Shown: positions 1 to 13,653, counted from the stretch's first letter. The stretch is DNA of 64,000 bases from Camelus ferus (GCF_009834535.1 NC_045697.1:85500001-85564000); one strand, 5' to 3'. Translations and numbers: made by a program. The notes: generated by a model not told the origin, from the sequence alone.

Positions 1-194
1 AAAGAACATTGTCTTTTTTTTGTTTGAATAGTCAAGTCTTTAAGATATCCTGAGTCAGTTAACGTATTTACTGACCAAGGGTAAATTAAAATATCTAAAA
101 TTCATACATTTTAAAATTCATAGAAGTGATCTAGCAATTTTACTGCATTGACATCTACGACTAGGGTATAGGGCCTTAATTAATTAATTAATTC

Positions 195-470
195 TTATTT
201 CTTATTGAAGTTGATTTACAATGTTACTTTCAGATGTACAGCGAAGCAATTCAATTCTACGTATACATACATACATACATATATATATATTTTAAAATTC
301 TCTTCCATTGTAAGTTATTACAAGGAATTGAATATAGTTCCCTGTGCTTTGCAGCAGGTCCTTGGTGTTTATCTATTTTATACATAGTAGTGTGTATCTG
401 TTAATCCCAAACTCCTAATCTATCCCTCCCCGCCTTTCTCCTCAGTAACCAGTTTGTTTTCTAAGTCGTG
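195..470 (-). mobile_element. L1 3' end fragment (cetartiodactyl-type 3'UTR)
   Basis: 'ttgaatatagttccctgtgctttgcagcaggtccttggtgtttatctattttatacatagtagtgtgtatctgttaatcccaaactcctaat' is the reverse complement of an L1 3'UTR; internal (TACA)n/(TA)n tract. Confidence 0.8.
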
Positions 471-1282
471 AGCCCAAGAAAGAACACTGTCTTGCCAGAA
501 AGTACTCTCCTTGGCACTGTTGTCTTTGGGCCCCTTGCACAGGTATCCTGTTGCACACTCATTTCGTAGCACATCATGGTGTGATTGCTTCTTTGAATGG
601 AAATCCTATATCTTTGCATTTTTCATTATAATTCCTCTGCCTCTTCTGCTATGGCAGTTTAACAAAAAACAGATTTTCTATTAGCTCCAGAGAGCCATGT
701 GGTGATTTATGAATAAACAAGAACTTTGCTAGAGAGCTCCAAGTTTGGTTTGAGGAAAAAAGGGATTTGCACTAGTCCAGTCCTAGGGAAAAAAACTGGA
801 TATTTTCTGTTACATATGCCCTCTTCGCCTCACCTCCACCCCTCTCGCATGTGCTGTATACTTTAAGAGTCTGGCTATTAGTCAAGCTTTGTTTCATAAG
901 TCTCACTGGCTGCAATAATTTTCAGAGAAATGGACACATCACTCCATGTTTCCAAAGTGATTTCGAAGAGTCCTCATTTCTCAAGTGACTAAAATAATAT
1001 CTAGAGGAAAATAACGAACAAAGGGAAATATGGCGAAGTAAAAGACCAAGGAACTACCCATCGTTGGTCTGTAGCTATCATTCAGGTTGATGATAATTCT
1101 CTCAAAATTAGTCCAAGAGAGATCATCACATTTCTATAAATGCTTGGAGGGATCCTTTGGCAGGTAAAATAAACATGGCTTTTTCTTTAATACTCTTTCA
1201 GTATTGAGGCTGAAAAACCTCCTTTGCTTCCTGGATCTATTTGCGTGGATTTTTAAGTGACTGTGCTGTCTAGGTAGGAGAC

Positions 1283-1520
1283 AGAGTGCCTCATGGTGAC
1301 TAAAAGAGCTGACTCTAGAGTCCAGTCATCTGGATTTGCAACTCATCTGTACCATTCATTGCTTGTAAATTCAGGAGCAATGTGTAAGGACCCTAAGGCT
1401 CAGCTCCCACATTTGTAAAATGGGGATAGGAGCAGTGTTGCCTTCTTAGAGTTGCTGTCTGCGATAATAACATGTGAGAGCTTAGATACTAATAATTACA
1501 TGAGCTGAAAGATGGGGCCG
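1283..1520 (+). mobile_element. MIR SINE
   Basis: Core 'ctcagctcccacatttgtaaaatggggatagg' and 5' 'aagagctgactctagagtccag' resemble the MIR consensus. Confidence 0.75.
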
Positions 1521-2164
1521 TCAGTCATTTACATACCACTTACCATGAACATGGTACTAAGCGGGTTCCAAAGGAAAATAAAAGTTCTTACTTCCAGTGA
1601 AATGTCTGTATATATATAGACACATACACACACAGTTTGTGTAGCCTGTGTGCCTGCCTGTAAGAAGTCAGAGAGCGAGCGCATTCTCAGCTTTATTTCT
1701 ACTGCGGGAGTTGGAGTTCTTGCTGGGCCTTGATGGGTGGAGAGACTTTTCATAGATGGTGAGAACTGAGATATTTAGAGATCTATTACCATAAGGGGAG
1801 GAACTTAAATGAAACAGAGATGGACAAATCTAAGTATGAAGGATGCTGGCAAGCCCAGTATAACCGGTCTGTCTAAAGCTGATTGGATCAAATTGTGAAA
1901 GGCTCTTAATTTCTGACGAATGAATTTTACCTTTATTGCATAGGCCATGGGGCGCTATTGAAGACCTTTGCACAAAGGTATTACGTGATCAAAGTGGATT
2001 TTAGTAAAAATAAACCTGGATATGTGCGTTATGTACTACACGGATGAGATTGACAGCTGTAATACCACTTACTGGATATTATCAAAAGTAATATTTAAAA
2101 TCTTTAACAACTCGTGGTAATTGAAGTATTTAATAATCAGTTCACCCGGGGTGCTCGGAATGAA

Positions 2165-3300
2165 TCACACCTCTGAACTCCAAAGTCCTATATTAATTGC
2201 CTACTTGCCATCCTTATTTGGATGCTTACTAGGGACTTCCTTCTGCACTTGTATAAAAGCTACTTTCTGATCTTCTCCCACAGAACTTGTCTTCCCCATC
2301 ACAATCGATGACAACGTTCATGCTCTGGCCTAAGAACCCTGGAGTCATCCTTGACTCCTCCTTTCCTCTCACAGCCTTTACCCCAATGCATCTGGACATT
2401 TTTTAAGGCTCTCTGAAAATATATTTCAAAAGGAGAGTAGTATGTTGCCCCAGTGCCTGGAGACTTCCCGCTTTAAGTGGGGAGTGGTGAAATGAAATAA
2501 ACACGCATATTTATAACTTTTCAAAATGGGAACTTCAATGATTGTTTCCTAATTTTATTCACATGAAAATTCTTAAGAGAGCATCCGGTAGTGACTGGTT
2601 TCTGTCTTTGTGTCAAAGCCTGATTCCATCATTTACTAGTTGTGTGACCTTGGGCAGGATGCTTAGCATCTTTGCAATGACCAAGCCTCCATCGCCTCTT
2701 ACCTGGATTATTGCAGTAACCTAACAGCCTCCTTGCTTCCACTCTTGCTCTTCTCTCATCGATTATCAATCTAGTAGCCACTCTGAGTCCTTAAAATATA
2801 CCATTTTATGTCACTCCTCTGCTCAAAATCTTTCAGTGGCTTCCCAGCTCACTCAGAGGGAAAGCAGAACTCTATAGTGGCGCACAGGGTCCTACGCACG
2901 CTAGCTTGCGCTGCTCTGACCTCTTTCTCAGCAATCTCCCATTTGCTGACTCAGATCCATGTCCCAGCCACACTACTGGTCCATGAACCTGTCATGTAGA
3001 CTTCCTATTGTCTCCGCCAAGAACTGTTATTCTGCTAGATAACCTCATGGCTTACCCCTCAACTCCAACAGGTCGTTGCTTCAATGTCATCTCTTCATCG
3101 AGACATTACCTGGCCTCCCTATTTAAAACTGCTTTCATCCCAGTGCTTTCCTGCTATATTTTTCCATAGCACTGTGTATCATACTCTATGTATTTCTCTT
3201 CTTTGTTCATTGCCTCCCACTTTTAGAACGTAAACTCCATGACAGCGATTTTTGTCTGTTGTGTTCACTCTATGTTTCTCAAACCTAAAATAGTGCCAAC
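2165..3300 (+). mobile_element. L2 3' region, interrupted (MIR fragment at about 2610-2670)
   Basis: L2-like 'ctctgaactccaaagtcctatattaattgcctacttg', 'ggagtcatccttgactcctc', 'cctggattattgcagtaacc', 'tgtcactcctctgctcaaaa'; MIR core 'atttactagttgtgtgaccttgggcagg' in between. Confidence 0.75.
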
Positions 3301-4930
3301 GATTTTAGTGCAAGTACACGTAGTGCTCAGACACACAGAAAGCCTCCTCCCCACCTGAGACTAAATCTATAGTGTTGCCGAATCAGGTATCTTCTCAAGA
3401 GGTTATAAAAGATCTAAAGATCAGAAATGTCAATTTCTTGGCCTCCAAACTAGCAGATTACCTCTCTTTCATACCCCATATCTGGGCTTGGACTAGAAAA
3501 GGCATGTTCCAAATTCTGTAGCCTCATAGGGGACATATGCCTGTGTCCCTCTAGGTTGGAACTTTGAAGCAATTCTTTCATGCCATGTCTATTTTCACTA
3601 CACACTTAGTTTTTAAGGCATATCAGATACAACATAGGGCAAATTGGATTTTGCCAACCAGTCTGTGGTCTTAATGAAAGTGCAGACTATATGAAACCTC
3701 CATGCCTGCCTCAGCGCTGCCCAAAGCAGTAAACCATCTGACCCAGCCAGACTGCCAGCCTCTTCAGAAGGATCCCCCGGTTTTCCAAAGCAGTCAGTAA
3801 CCTCCTCCTTTGTGATCCCACGGCGCTTTGTGAAGCATCAGTTCCAGCCCTTATCATAAAACCGCGGTTAGTTTTATCTACCTTTCTCTCCCGAGAGGTT
3901 GTAAGCCTCTTGAAGGTAGGATCAATATTAATCATTTTAGCTTTGGGAACTAACATGGTACCTTCAGAGTACAGAGTAGTGATATATACTTTAATTTAAC
4001 AAATCTGTTTATGTAAAAAATCTTTAGTAGGAAATCCTAGTACACTTCTACTTCTCAGAACACAGCTGAGAAGAGAACGACCACAGGGATACACAAAGTT
4101 ATGTGTTTTGTCTCTAAATCAGAAAGGATCAAGTAGGAATATCAATTCACTTTTTAAAAGCTGTTCTCTTTAAATGTATTTTCTTTTTATTCACTTTATA
4201 GGCAAATATTTCACCCTTTCTTAATTTGGTTATGTGAACAACATTATTTTGCCTCCATACAAAACCCCCTTAAATTTTTTTTCTCCTAATCTTGGTGAAT
4301 ATTTAATAAATAAACAACGTAAATAATCATACATGCTATGGGGGAATTTTAAAAAGGCATAAAGGTGGTCTTCAATAACATTTCCTACATTTGCACTGTG
4401 CTTTATTATATCTTATGAGATAAGTTAATGTGTTGCAGTGTTAACTGGTGACTCCCACAAGCACACACAGTTCTTCGTTTCATGTAGTTAATCCTTTGCT
4501 CAGTAAAGAATTTCTGTCTCGGGGCTGAATAAGTTTGTCATTGACTGCAAAGGGAAAAACAGCCCCTGTTCAGCTTTTGAATTTCCAAACAGACTCTTGA
4601 AACTCTAGAGACCATCCTGAAAACCAAAGCTTTGAATTGCAAGAGTGTGTTTATGAAAATTGTATATATATATTTAATTTTAAAGATTAATTCCTTTTGT
4701 GTAATTTGCTTTGAAATGCCTCACAAAGTAACATGGATTGATGGATGAAAAGAAGTGGGCAGATGGATAGATACACAATAAACAAGTTGAGTGAAATTTT
4801 AATGGTATAATGTACATTTTATGGTACACCATAAAATCCTTTCAACTTGGCTATATATTTGAAATTTTTATAACAAAATGTTTGAGAAAAAAATTAGAAT
4901 CAAGGCATAAAATCTTATGCCATAAACAAC

Positions 4931-5175
4931 AAGGGGACAGGGGGTGGGAAGGGACAGACTGGGATTTTAAAAATGTAGAATAGATAAACAAGATTATACT
5001 GTACAGCACAAGGAAATATATACAGGATCTTGTGGTAGCTCACAGCGAAAAAAAAGTGTGACAACAAATATATGTATGTTCATGTATAACTGAAAAATTG
5101 TGCTCTATACTGGAATTTGACACAACATTGTAAAATGACTATTACTCAATAAAAAAATGTTAAAAAAGCAAAAAG
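4931..5175 (+). mobile_element. 5'-truncated young L1 3' end with 20-bp TSD
   Basis: Perfect TSD aatcttatgccataaacaac at 4911-4930 and 5176-5195; AATAAA plus A-rich tail; highly similar to 7583-7798. Confidence 0.9.
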
Positions 5176-5212
5176 AATCTTATGCCATAAACAACTGATA
5201 GAAAAGAGAGTA

Positions 5213-5420
5213 GATGAAGAGACAGATAAACAACAAAGTCCTACTGTATAAAACAGGGAACTATATTTAATAGCTTATAATGGCCTATGGTGAAAGAGAA
5301 TGTGAAAAGGAATATATATATATATATATATGTAAATATATTTTATTCATATAACTGAATCACTATGCTGTACACCAGAATTTACAACACTGTAAACCAA
5401 CTATACTTCAGTTAAAAAAG
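5213..5420 (+). mobile_element. L1 3' end fragment (different subfamily) with (TA)n tract
   Basis: 'ataaacaacaaagtcctactgtataaaacagggaactatatttaatagc...ataactgaatcactatgctgtacaccagaa'. Confidence 0.8.
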
Positions 5421-6091
5421 AGAGAGATAGTATGACCTATTTCTTCCTTCTCTGCCGCACCGGCCCCCCTCCCCGCCCCACCACCACCACAGTGCACAGA
5501 GAAGAGTAGATAAAGTTATCAAGACCTGAGGGAAAATGAGAAGAGAACAAAAAGAATAGGGAAAAAGAGTACCTGAATGCTGTGAGTCATCTTGAGGAAA
5601 CTGAGTCCAGCTTTTCTACTTTCAGGGACTCATCTCATCTGTTGAACTGCCCAGATTGAACATCAAAGAGCAGACAGAGCTTTAGCTTTACCCCTTGGGT
5701 TAAGCCTGGGAACGGCACAAGTCTTGAAGAGAAGCTCTCCATAGCACCATGGCCCACAGCTGGAACTCTGGGGCATGTGAAGGTAGGAAATTTCTGAGAC
5801 AGACAGCTCAACCACAGAGTGGTCTGGAAGTGGAGCCAGAAATTTCTTACATTCCTGAGAAGGCTGCACAAGTGGTTAATTAAAATGATTTAAGGAGTCT
5901 TCACCATCTAATTGAGGAAAATGCAGTATTTACCACATGGATCTGAAGACAGGAGATAAGAAGAGGGACTTGGAAGCTTCACTGATTGCCACTGAGGCTA
6001 TATGCCAATGAAAAGACCATAAGGAGTAGATGACACCAGTGCTAATGGCAGAGTAAGATGGTGGGTTATTGCAGCCCGGATGCCTTCACCC

Positions 6092-6270
6092 CAAAGTTGC
6101 CAGAAAAACCTAGAACATCCAGATAAATTTGAATTTTAGATACACAAAATTTTTTTCCTGAAAGTATGTATGTCCCGTACAATATTTTCTTGTTTATCAA
6201 TGCAATATTTTCTGGAAATTCAAACTTAACTGGGCATCTGTATTTTTATTTGCCATATCTGGCAACCCTA
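6092..6270. mobile_element. MER53-like palindromic hAT MITE
   Basis: Inverted ends 'gttgccaga...catccagataaatttgaattt' and 'aaattcaaacttaactgggcatc...tctggcaacccta'; central 'aagtatgtatgtccc'. Confidence 0.8.
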
Positions 6271-6564
6271 TTCCACCTGGATTTCTTCACAAAACCTGCT
6301 TCACGGACTGTAGGTGCTGTTATGAGTAGAAGGAGACAGAAGAGAGAATTCCTACCTGTGACTGCACTGAAAATATAAATTGCCTGAGAAAACACCAAAG
6401 TGGCTGAGATTTCCTGCAGTCAACTGGATTAAATTATCTTCTAAAAGACAGGATGGCAGTCCTAGATTGAAACTAAATTCATCTTAAAACACAAAGAAAA
6501 TTACAATTTTGCACATGTGAGTTCTGAGGTTTGAAATATTTATCTGCTTCAACTTAAACTTCAG

Positions 6565-6710
6565 AACAGCCCTGTGAGGCTGTTAGGAGAGGCATCTTTG
6601 ATGTTAATAAGGATTAAGTTGAAGTTCAAAGATGTTAAGTGACTTGCCCCCGTCATCCCATTACGTGTAGGTGGCTGAACCCACACTAGAACCCACTCCC
6701 CCTGACTTAA
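6565..6710 (-). mobile_element. MIR SINE fragment
   Basis: 'aacagccctgtgagg...gttcaaagatgttaagtgacttgccc' is the reverse MIR core. Confidence 0.65.
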
Positions 6711-7582
6711 CCCCCTCACAAAAGAAGCTTTTCCCTATGTGGGGAGACATGAATAACACAGCTAAAAGTTATTGGACAAAACATAATTTACTTGTTTGAT
6801 GCAGGAACCCATTAAGAAATATAATTCAGAAAAGTTTGAAGGGAAGTGAACTTTCTTGAGAACTACACATGAACTGGCTCAACCTCCGAAATCATGTCCA
6901 AACAAAATCTTACCAGTTCCCACCACTGCTTGTCCAGAAATTAATTTCTACTGCCAATGAATGGTGGTCAAAAGAGAGGTTTAGCCTTCAAAAATTGTAA
7001 TTCTATGTTTGAATGAAAAATAAATGTTCTCTTCTCTGCCAGGACTATAATCCATGATCACTTAATGTCATTGCAAATCACTTTATTTTTCTACTGTACT
7101 TTGCCTATGTGTTGACCTCACCTTCACTCATGTACTCATTCTTATAATAAACATTTATTGATTATGGACTGTGGATTGGGTGTTTGCTAAGTACTAGATG
7201 AGCAAAACAGATATGTCTTTCATATACTTTCTGGTTTTTTAATATAAGATCTGAAGATTAGAGGGACCACTCCACTGATGAAGAAATCCATTCTGCATCA
7301 TTTCATAATCACCAAGTGACTGACTTGGAGACCTCAGGTGAAAAAGACTGCTTTCTTCCTGAGACTATACATTGCAACATTATATCAGATATTTAAACGC
7401 TATTTTTAAACAACCAAAAATTATAGTTATGTATAATAATCAAGAAAGAGCTTGTACATATAAAAATGATGGAGGAATAACAGGAGACTATGGTGATGAC
7501 TTGTGGGGACACAAGTGATCAAATAACATATATTGGGAGTGTTTTGTTTGAAAACAATCCCGACGCAAAGAAAATCTCTCAA

Positions 7583-7798
7583 ATTCCGAAATTTGTAGAT
7601 ACTGACAGGCATATGTAGAACAGATAAACAAGATTATACCATATAGCACAGGGAAATATATACAAGATCTTGTGGTAGCTCACAGTGAAAAAGAATGTGA
7701 CAATGAATATATGTATGTTCATGTATAACTGAAAAATTGTGCTGTACACCGGAAATTGACACAACATTGTAAACTGACTCAATGGAAAAAAAAGTTAA
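7583..7798 (+). mobile_element. 5'-truncated young L1 3' end with TSD
   Basis: TSD aaaatctctcaa at 7571-7582 and 7799-7810; A-rich tail; paralogous to 4931-5175. Confidence 0.9.
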
Positions 7799-9636
7799 AA
7801 AATCTCTCAATAGGATAGCCTGCAAAAATTGCAAACATTTGCTAACTGATCTTTAGTGATTTAAGGAGCATTTATTTTAAAACATAAATCTTCCTCACTG
7901 GAGGAAAAAAAAGAAATCAATGATCTCACTTTTTGCTGCTTATATCCATAATCCTATAGGAAAAGATATTTATCTAATTTGTGTGTCAAGCCTCACTCTC
8001 CTCACAAGTACAGAAGAAGGTAAAAAGTCATAAGACGCATTTCATCTAGAAGGTAGACGTTAGAATGAGCTAAGCATTCCTCAGTGAGAGCTCAAAGTGC
8101 CCATTTGGTTCATTATTTCCCCCCACACTCATTAAATAAATTGTTTCTAACCAAACTAGAAATGGGGAAGACTGTGTGAGAAAGAAGGCTTATTGAGGCA
8201 TTAGATTCCAAAACCCAGCTTGGGTTTGGAAGTCCCTAAGAGAGATCCACCTCCATCACAGAGCTAAACAGATCAAGAACCGAAAGAATATCTATTTGCT
8301 AAACAACTCTTACAGACGTGTTATGGTAACTCCCACGCCAAGAATTTTGCTTCCTTAATAGTGTCACAGATTTACAAACTTCTGGACCCAGAGGCTTATG
8401 TTACTCTTCTTTTTGTGTAATAAGAAAGGCGTATCTAAAGTTTTTTCAAATGTAATTGGTGAAGTCATAGAAGGCTAGGAGATGACAAGCAAAGGTAGAC
8501 TAATGATTCCAAAAGTAAGGATAATATTTTGAGCTCCAAGTGCCTTTTCAGTGGAAACCCTGAGACTCTCATTCTCTCTCTTTGCTTTGCAGGCTCCTGG
8601 ATGCCTTATGTTCTTTTAATCACTTAAAATGATCAGATCTACTATAACTTCCCCCTGGATGCCGCCCTTCCCACTCTTCCCTTCAAGGTCTGGTGGCTTC
8701 CTCCACCCACACCCCTAGTGTTGTTGTGCTGCTCCTCTGGCCGCCAAAGTGGCCTGCACTGGAGTTTCTAGGATGATTATTTTCACTGAGACAGAAAGAG
8801 TCCTCTTCCAGCTACTGCTTGCATCTCCCAAAGGACAAGCTGTGCCTTCCAGTTTTCTCGAATTCCTTCTCTTGTGAACTTGGGGCAAATCATCGCAGCA
8901 ATGGAAAAGAAAGACGTTGAGTAAGAGAGTGCCCGGCTCAAAGTGTCTTTTACTTACCAACCAAGAGGAGCCCCAGTTTTTTACCTCACTTCTCCTCTTC
9001 CTTAGACAGCCATCTGTGCAACAAATGGATGCCTCTCAAAAGTCAGGGAGAGCTTTTGTCTCCCTTCTTTTGTAACAGTTTTCATTCTTGTGTCTTAGAG
9101 TGTGATTTTAGCTTACCGACTTGTGTCTCTGTTTTCCTGTGCTGCCTGGTGTTGTACTTCATTATAAAATAGGGTTCGGGGTGCGCATACACAGCGAGAT
9201 CTCCTTATCTGGACATATATCTGATATTCACACATAGTGGAAGCCTTCAAAATCTTTTCAATGAATGGAAAGACTAGTACGTCATTGATTAGTCATGGGA
9301 TCATCCTAACTCTCTGGTGATATTTTGGGAGACACAACCCGGCCTCTTAATCCACTCATCTGTTTAGCTTTGAGATTTGATTATACTTTTAGAACCCTAA
9401 GACTACAAACGACTCACTGAACTCATAGGTAAGAGAAAGATACATAGCTCATTTCAGTGTCTTCACCCAGGTTGCCAACTGTGAGCTTCAAACACCACGA
9501 GGTGCAGCAGCTGAGCTGAGACCTGCCTTCTCATTGCCTAAGAATTTGCTGTTTTTTCCGGCCAACTATTCAAACATTTCCCAGGGAATTGTAAACAGAG
9601 CCTCATACAGCAATGCAACTTTTTTTCCCTAACAGG

Positions 9637-9676
9637 AAAAAAAAAAAAAAAAGAAGAAGAAGAAGAAGAAGAAGAA
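9637..9676 (+). repeat. A16 run followed by (GAA)8 microsatellite
   Basis: Read directly from sequence. Confidence 0.95.
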
Positions 9677-10570
9677 GGATCGAAACATTCCACAGGTACT
9701 CCCACTGAAAATTATATAATGGGATTCAAAGAGGAAGCAAGTAATTGTATGAGAAAAACTCGAAAGACTTTGAGGCTCAAGCTAATCCCACGTCATTATC
9801 ATCAAAAACAGGGCTTGCTTAGCCCTTTACACTGACAAAGTGCCTGCGCATTTTCACTCAAGTCAGTATATTCTTGCCACTTATAGATGAGAAAATAAGA
9901 TTTTGATAATCCAAATTATATTTTGGTAAAGAAATATAGATTAACTTTCAAAAAAGGGAAATAAGGAAAGGGAAACGAGATCTTTTTTTTTTAAACTATG
10001 TGGTTACAGAAAGTGTGTGTCAACTTACTGTAGTTTCCAAGAAGATTTTCCCTCATAATCTTTCGAAGTGTCATAAGTTCAAATTACTCTCTGAACCAGC
10101 CAAAGCATTTTCCCACGGCTTTTTACCTTGAGAACACCCAGAGCTAGAATCTGTCCCCAGTCCCTGGGAAATCTTCCCTCAGCTGGTACCAAAGTTATTA
10201 AAAGTCAATTCCTAGTGCCGTCTTTTAGTTAAAACCGGAAAGGCAAGATTGAATCTAAAAGACAAGACAATGCTCTTAAGCAAATTCAGTTCTGGTGGAT
10301 CATCTTAAAATGTGGACACTTTTCCTTCCCACCCCCAGGTTGCATCCTTGTTCCCAAGCATTGCTGGAAATCTACTTGTTTGTCCAGGAAATACATTTCA
10401 AGCCTCTCATTCACTTTCTTTGCATTTGAAGATATACAATTACAGGGCCATAAATTATTTTTCGTATGTTAATTTTCTCATAGTGTTAAGACCAGGTCTT
10501 GGTTTAGTATAACTTCCATTAACACCCATTTTGGAGCTGAATATTGTTCTCACTTAGACAGTTATTTGTC

Positions 10571-10664
10571 CTGGGGGAGGGGATAGCTCACGGTAGAGTG
10601 CATGTTTAAAATGCATGAGGTCCTGGGTTCAATTCCAGTGAAAAAATTTTTTTTTGAAATAAAA
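10571..10664 (+). mobile_element. tRNA-Ala-derived SINE (camelid vic-1-like)
   Basis: A box 'tagctcacggtaga', B box 'ggttcaattcc', A/T-rich tail; TSD ttatttgtc at 10562-10570 and 10665-10673. Confidence 0.85.
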
Positions 10665-11519
10665 TTATTTGTCAGTTGCCTACAAGACTTTCAGTGCTCT
10701 CTGTTCACCAACTTTCTACCTCAACTCTCCGGGAATATTAAAACCTTCTTACACACTGATGGAATACCTCATATTCCTCAATAATGCTTTTCTGTTTCCT
10801 CAAAGCAATGAGTCAGTCTGTTCACTTTTCCTTATAGTAATTCTCCCTCTTATTCTTGGCAAAGACAGAACAAAAAGGGAACATGACATATGTCTCAGGC
10901 CTTTTCATTATATCATATTTCTTTTATTCAGCTACACTCTTCCCATCACATGAAGTCATAAAGAAATTCATTTCCTCCTCCTGGAAAGGGAGGGAGTCTA
11001 CCTTACTGTTCTGCTTACTTCATTCAGTGGGGAAGTGACAGATGCCCTCCACACTTCCTCTGTCATCGGCTCACCCTTGTCTTCCTCAAAAAGAATTTTT
11101 CTTACGCTTTTTTTTTTCAGTCCCATCACTATCTCAGTGAGAACGTAAAATTTTTGTTTGTTTTGAATGTAGGATTTCCTTCTGCAGAGTATTATCGTAA
11201 ATAGTAGTTCAGCAGAGATTCCAGCTGGAAACTAAGCTGTGTTTACTTAAGGAATCAAATAGTTGGAGATACTTCAGATGACAATGGAGGAGGATATGAC
11301 AGAAGTCTGTGAGAAAAAGAGAGACTTCTGGGGATGGTTCCTGGGAGACTTCACCCTCAGAGAGAGCAAGAGAGAGGGCAAAGCCACAGCAGCTTGGTCC
11401 CAGAGTGATGCTTTAAGCCAGAAAGGCTTAAATGATGCTCTGACAGCAGCATCATTCCTAACACCAACTTGAGCTCGGGTGCAGTCACCAAATGATTCTT
11501 ATATGAGGAGGGTGGGGAG

Positions 11520-11730
11520 CTAAAAGCACCATGTATAGGGCAATGTTCAAGTTCAGACAGATCTAGGTTGAGGTCCAAAATCCAATTCTACTGGCTGTAG
11601 GACCATGAGAAAATTATTTAGCCTCACTGAACCTCAGTTTTCCTATCTAGATAAGGATTAAATGGGTTGATGTATAGAAATGCTTTGCAAACAGCCAACC
11701 CAGAGTGGTCACTCAATAGATGGCAGCTAA
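11520..11730 (+). mobile_element. MIR SINE
   Basis: 'agcctcactgaacctcagttttcctatctaga...aaatgctttgcaaac...tcaataga'. Confidence 0.7.
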
Positions 11731-12169
11731 AATCCAAACCACGGAAAATCAAAAAGACTGTTACACATACCTCTGACAAACACTGACTGTGTAAAGTACC
11801 CCTGGGGACCCGTGTAGCTAAAGTTGGGGGAGGGGAAATCTTTCCACTGAAGTGGAGAGAGTAGTAGTGCTTAGCTGCTTTTGGGCTCTGGAGAACATAT
11901 CGGAATATTAGGCTGACTTGGCACAGTGAGTGGTGCCACGATGACGCATTCGAGCACGGTACAGCTGACATCTAGAAGCTGCAGTGATAGGTGAGCATCT
12001 GACAACCAGTGGCAGTCACCAGCTTTAGGATACGATACTGGGTTTGTGAGTGTACATTCAATAGTCCCCTGTAGACTTTGACAATTATTTGTGGAAGGAT
12101 TCTGGAGATAAGTTAACCTGGGAGATGGGCAATGGAAAGTTGTGGGGGGGAACTAAGCAGTTTTAGCAG

Positions 12170-12720
12170 GAGAGATATTGAATTCACCTTTGAAAATGCT
12201 GAGTGAAGTTGATGTGAATATAGAAAAGAACTCCATGTTTAGTAAGTGTCCCCATGTCATAAGTCATCAGCATGTATCTTGTAGTTAATGAGCCAAGGAC
12301 TATGGACAGATCTCTAGGTGACATTGATATAACCCAGGAAGGTGATGTAGGAGAAGTCAGTGAAGGTGAGTGAGAAGATCAGAGGAAAACAGGGAGGGTT
12401 TGGGGGGATAATTTTATAGATGTCAATGGAGTAAGACATTTTAAGAAAGTTGAATTCATGAATGGTGTCAAATGCAAATGAGAGGACAAGTGAAAAAATC
12501 AGATGCAAAATGACCACAGATTTATCAAGGTAGAGCTTGTCAGTGGTGTGACGGGGCCAGAAAGTCTTGGACGCCATGATCACTAAGCTTGGCTGTGATG
12601 TGTAAGAGCAAGTTAGAACATTACCCACAGAAGAATATGAGGTGTTATCTGTGTTCAAAAGTGGAGGAGACTTGAACATCTTTTAAGCTGGTAAGAGGTG
12701 ATGGAGAGACTGAAGATACA
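12170..12720 (-). mobile_element. L2 fragment
   Basis: 'tgaatggtgtcaaatgcaaatgagaggacaagtg...gaccacagattt' resembles reverse L2. Confidence 0.6.
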
Positions 12721-13612
12721 GTAGCCCAAACACAGTTTAGTGATTAGTTTTATAATGTGGTGACTCAAACTCAACTCAGTCTTCATCACTACTCAGCAAC
12801 TCACTTTAGTTTTGCACCTCTCTCCTGTCTCTCTGTCTCTCAATGTCCATGTCATATCTTCCCCTGTTTCAAACACTGGACCTCACCTGGTACTCTCTCA
12901 CCTTCTTAGCTAGATGTCTTTAGCTCACACTTCAGGTGGAAAATAAAAAAAAACATCAGCCAGGAATCTGCTCTTCTTTGCCTGGATATGTATAGGAAAA
13001 CGAGCAAAGTTCCTCAAGGAAGTAATAAGGGAAACAGTATCTTAAAGAGATACAGAGGTTCCAGTCAAGTCCCCAGATAGAGAACTAATTAACCAGAGGA
13101 CGGCAATAAGGATGTAGGAGTGGTCTTCAGCATACAAGGAGGAATCTAGAAGACGATGAACAGAATGGGGAGGGAAGTCAGTCGTGAGCAAATGAGTCTT
13201 AGGGGCTGAGACTCAGAGAACATGAGGGTCAGGGTACCGGAGGGATTCAAGTTCTCTTCATTAACTTTCTTTCTGGGATAGACAAGACAGCTGCTAGAGA
13301 AAAGAACACATTCCCATGAGGGGAGGAAGCCCTTGCTGGGAGTTAGAGGTGTATGTATGAGGGTTGGGAGCGGGGGCCAGAAGAGAAGAAAGGGAGGGGA
13401 GAGAAGTCTCCTTGGCCTCTCATCGTTAGCAGAGAGTCACTTCTAACGTGGAAAAGAAGTACTTCATTTTCAGAAGTAAGTTTCTAAGCCAGAAGAAGTG
13501 CATAGATATAGAACACACAAAATACTATTTGTTCATTGAATGAATGAAAGAAAGAGGTACAGGGGTATCCACAACATATGAAGTGAAGAAGAGGCAGGTT
13601 TAACAAAACAGA

Positions 13613-13653
13613 GTGCGTGCACACGTGCGAGTGTGCACACGTGTGTGCGTGTG
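13613..13653. repeat. Alternating purine-pyrimidine tract (GT/GC/CA)
   Basis: gtgcgtgcacacgtgcgagtgtgcacacgtgtgtgcgtgtg. Confidence 0.85.

Noticed and set aside
4911..7810. Segmental or tandem duplication producing the two similar ~220-bp blocks
   Set aside because: Each has its own distinct TSD and A tail and the flanks are unrelated: separate retrotranspositions
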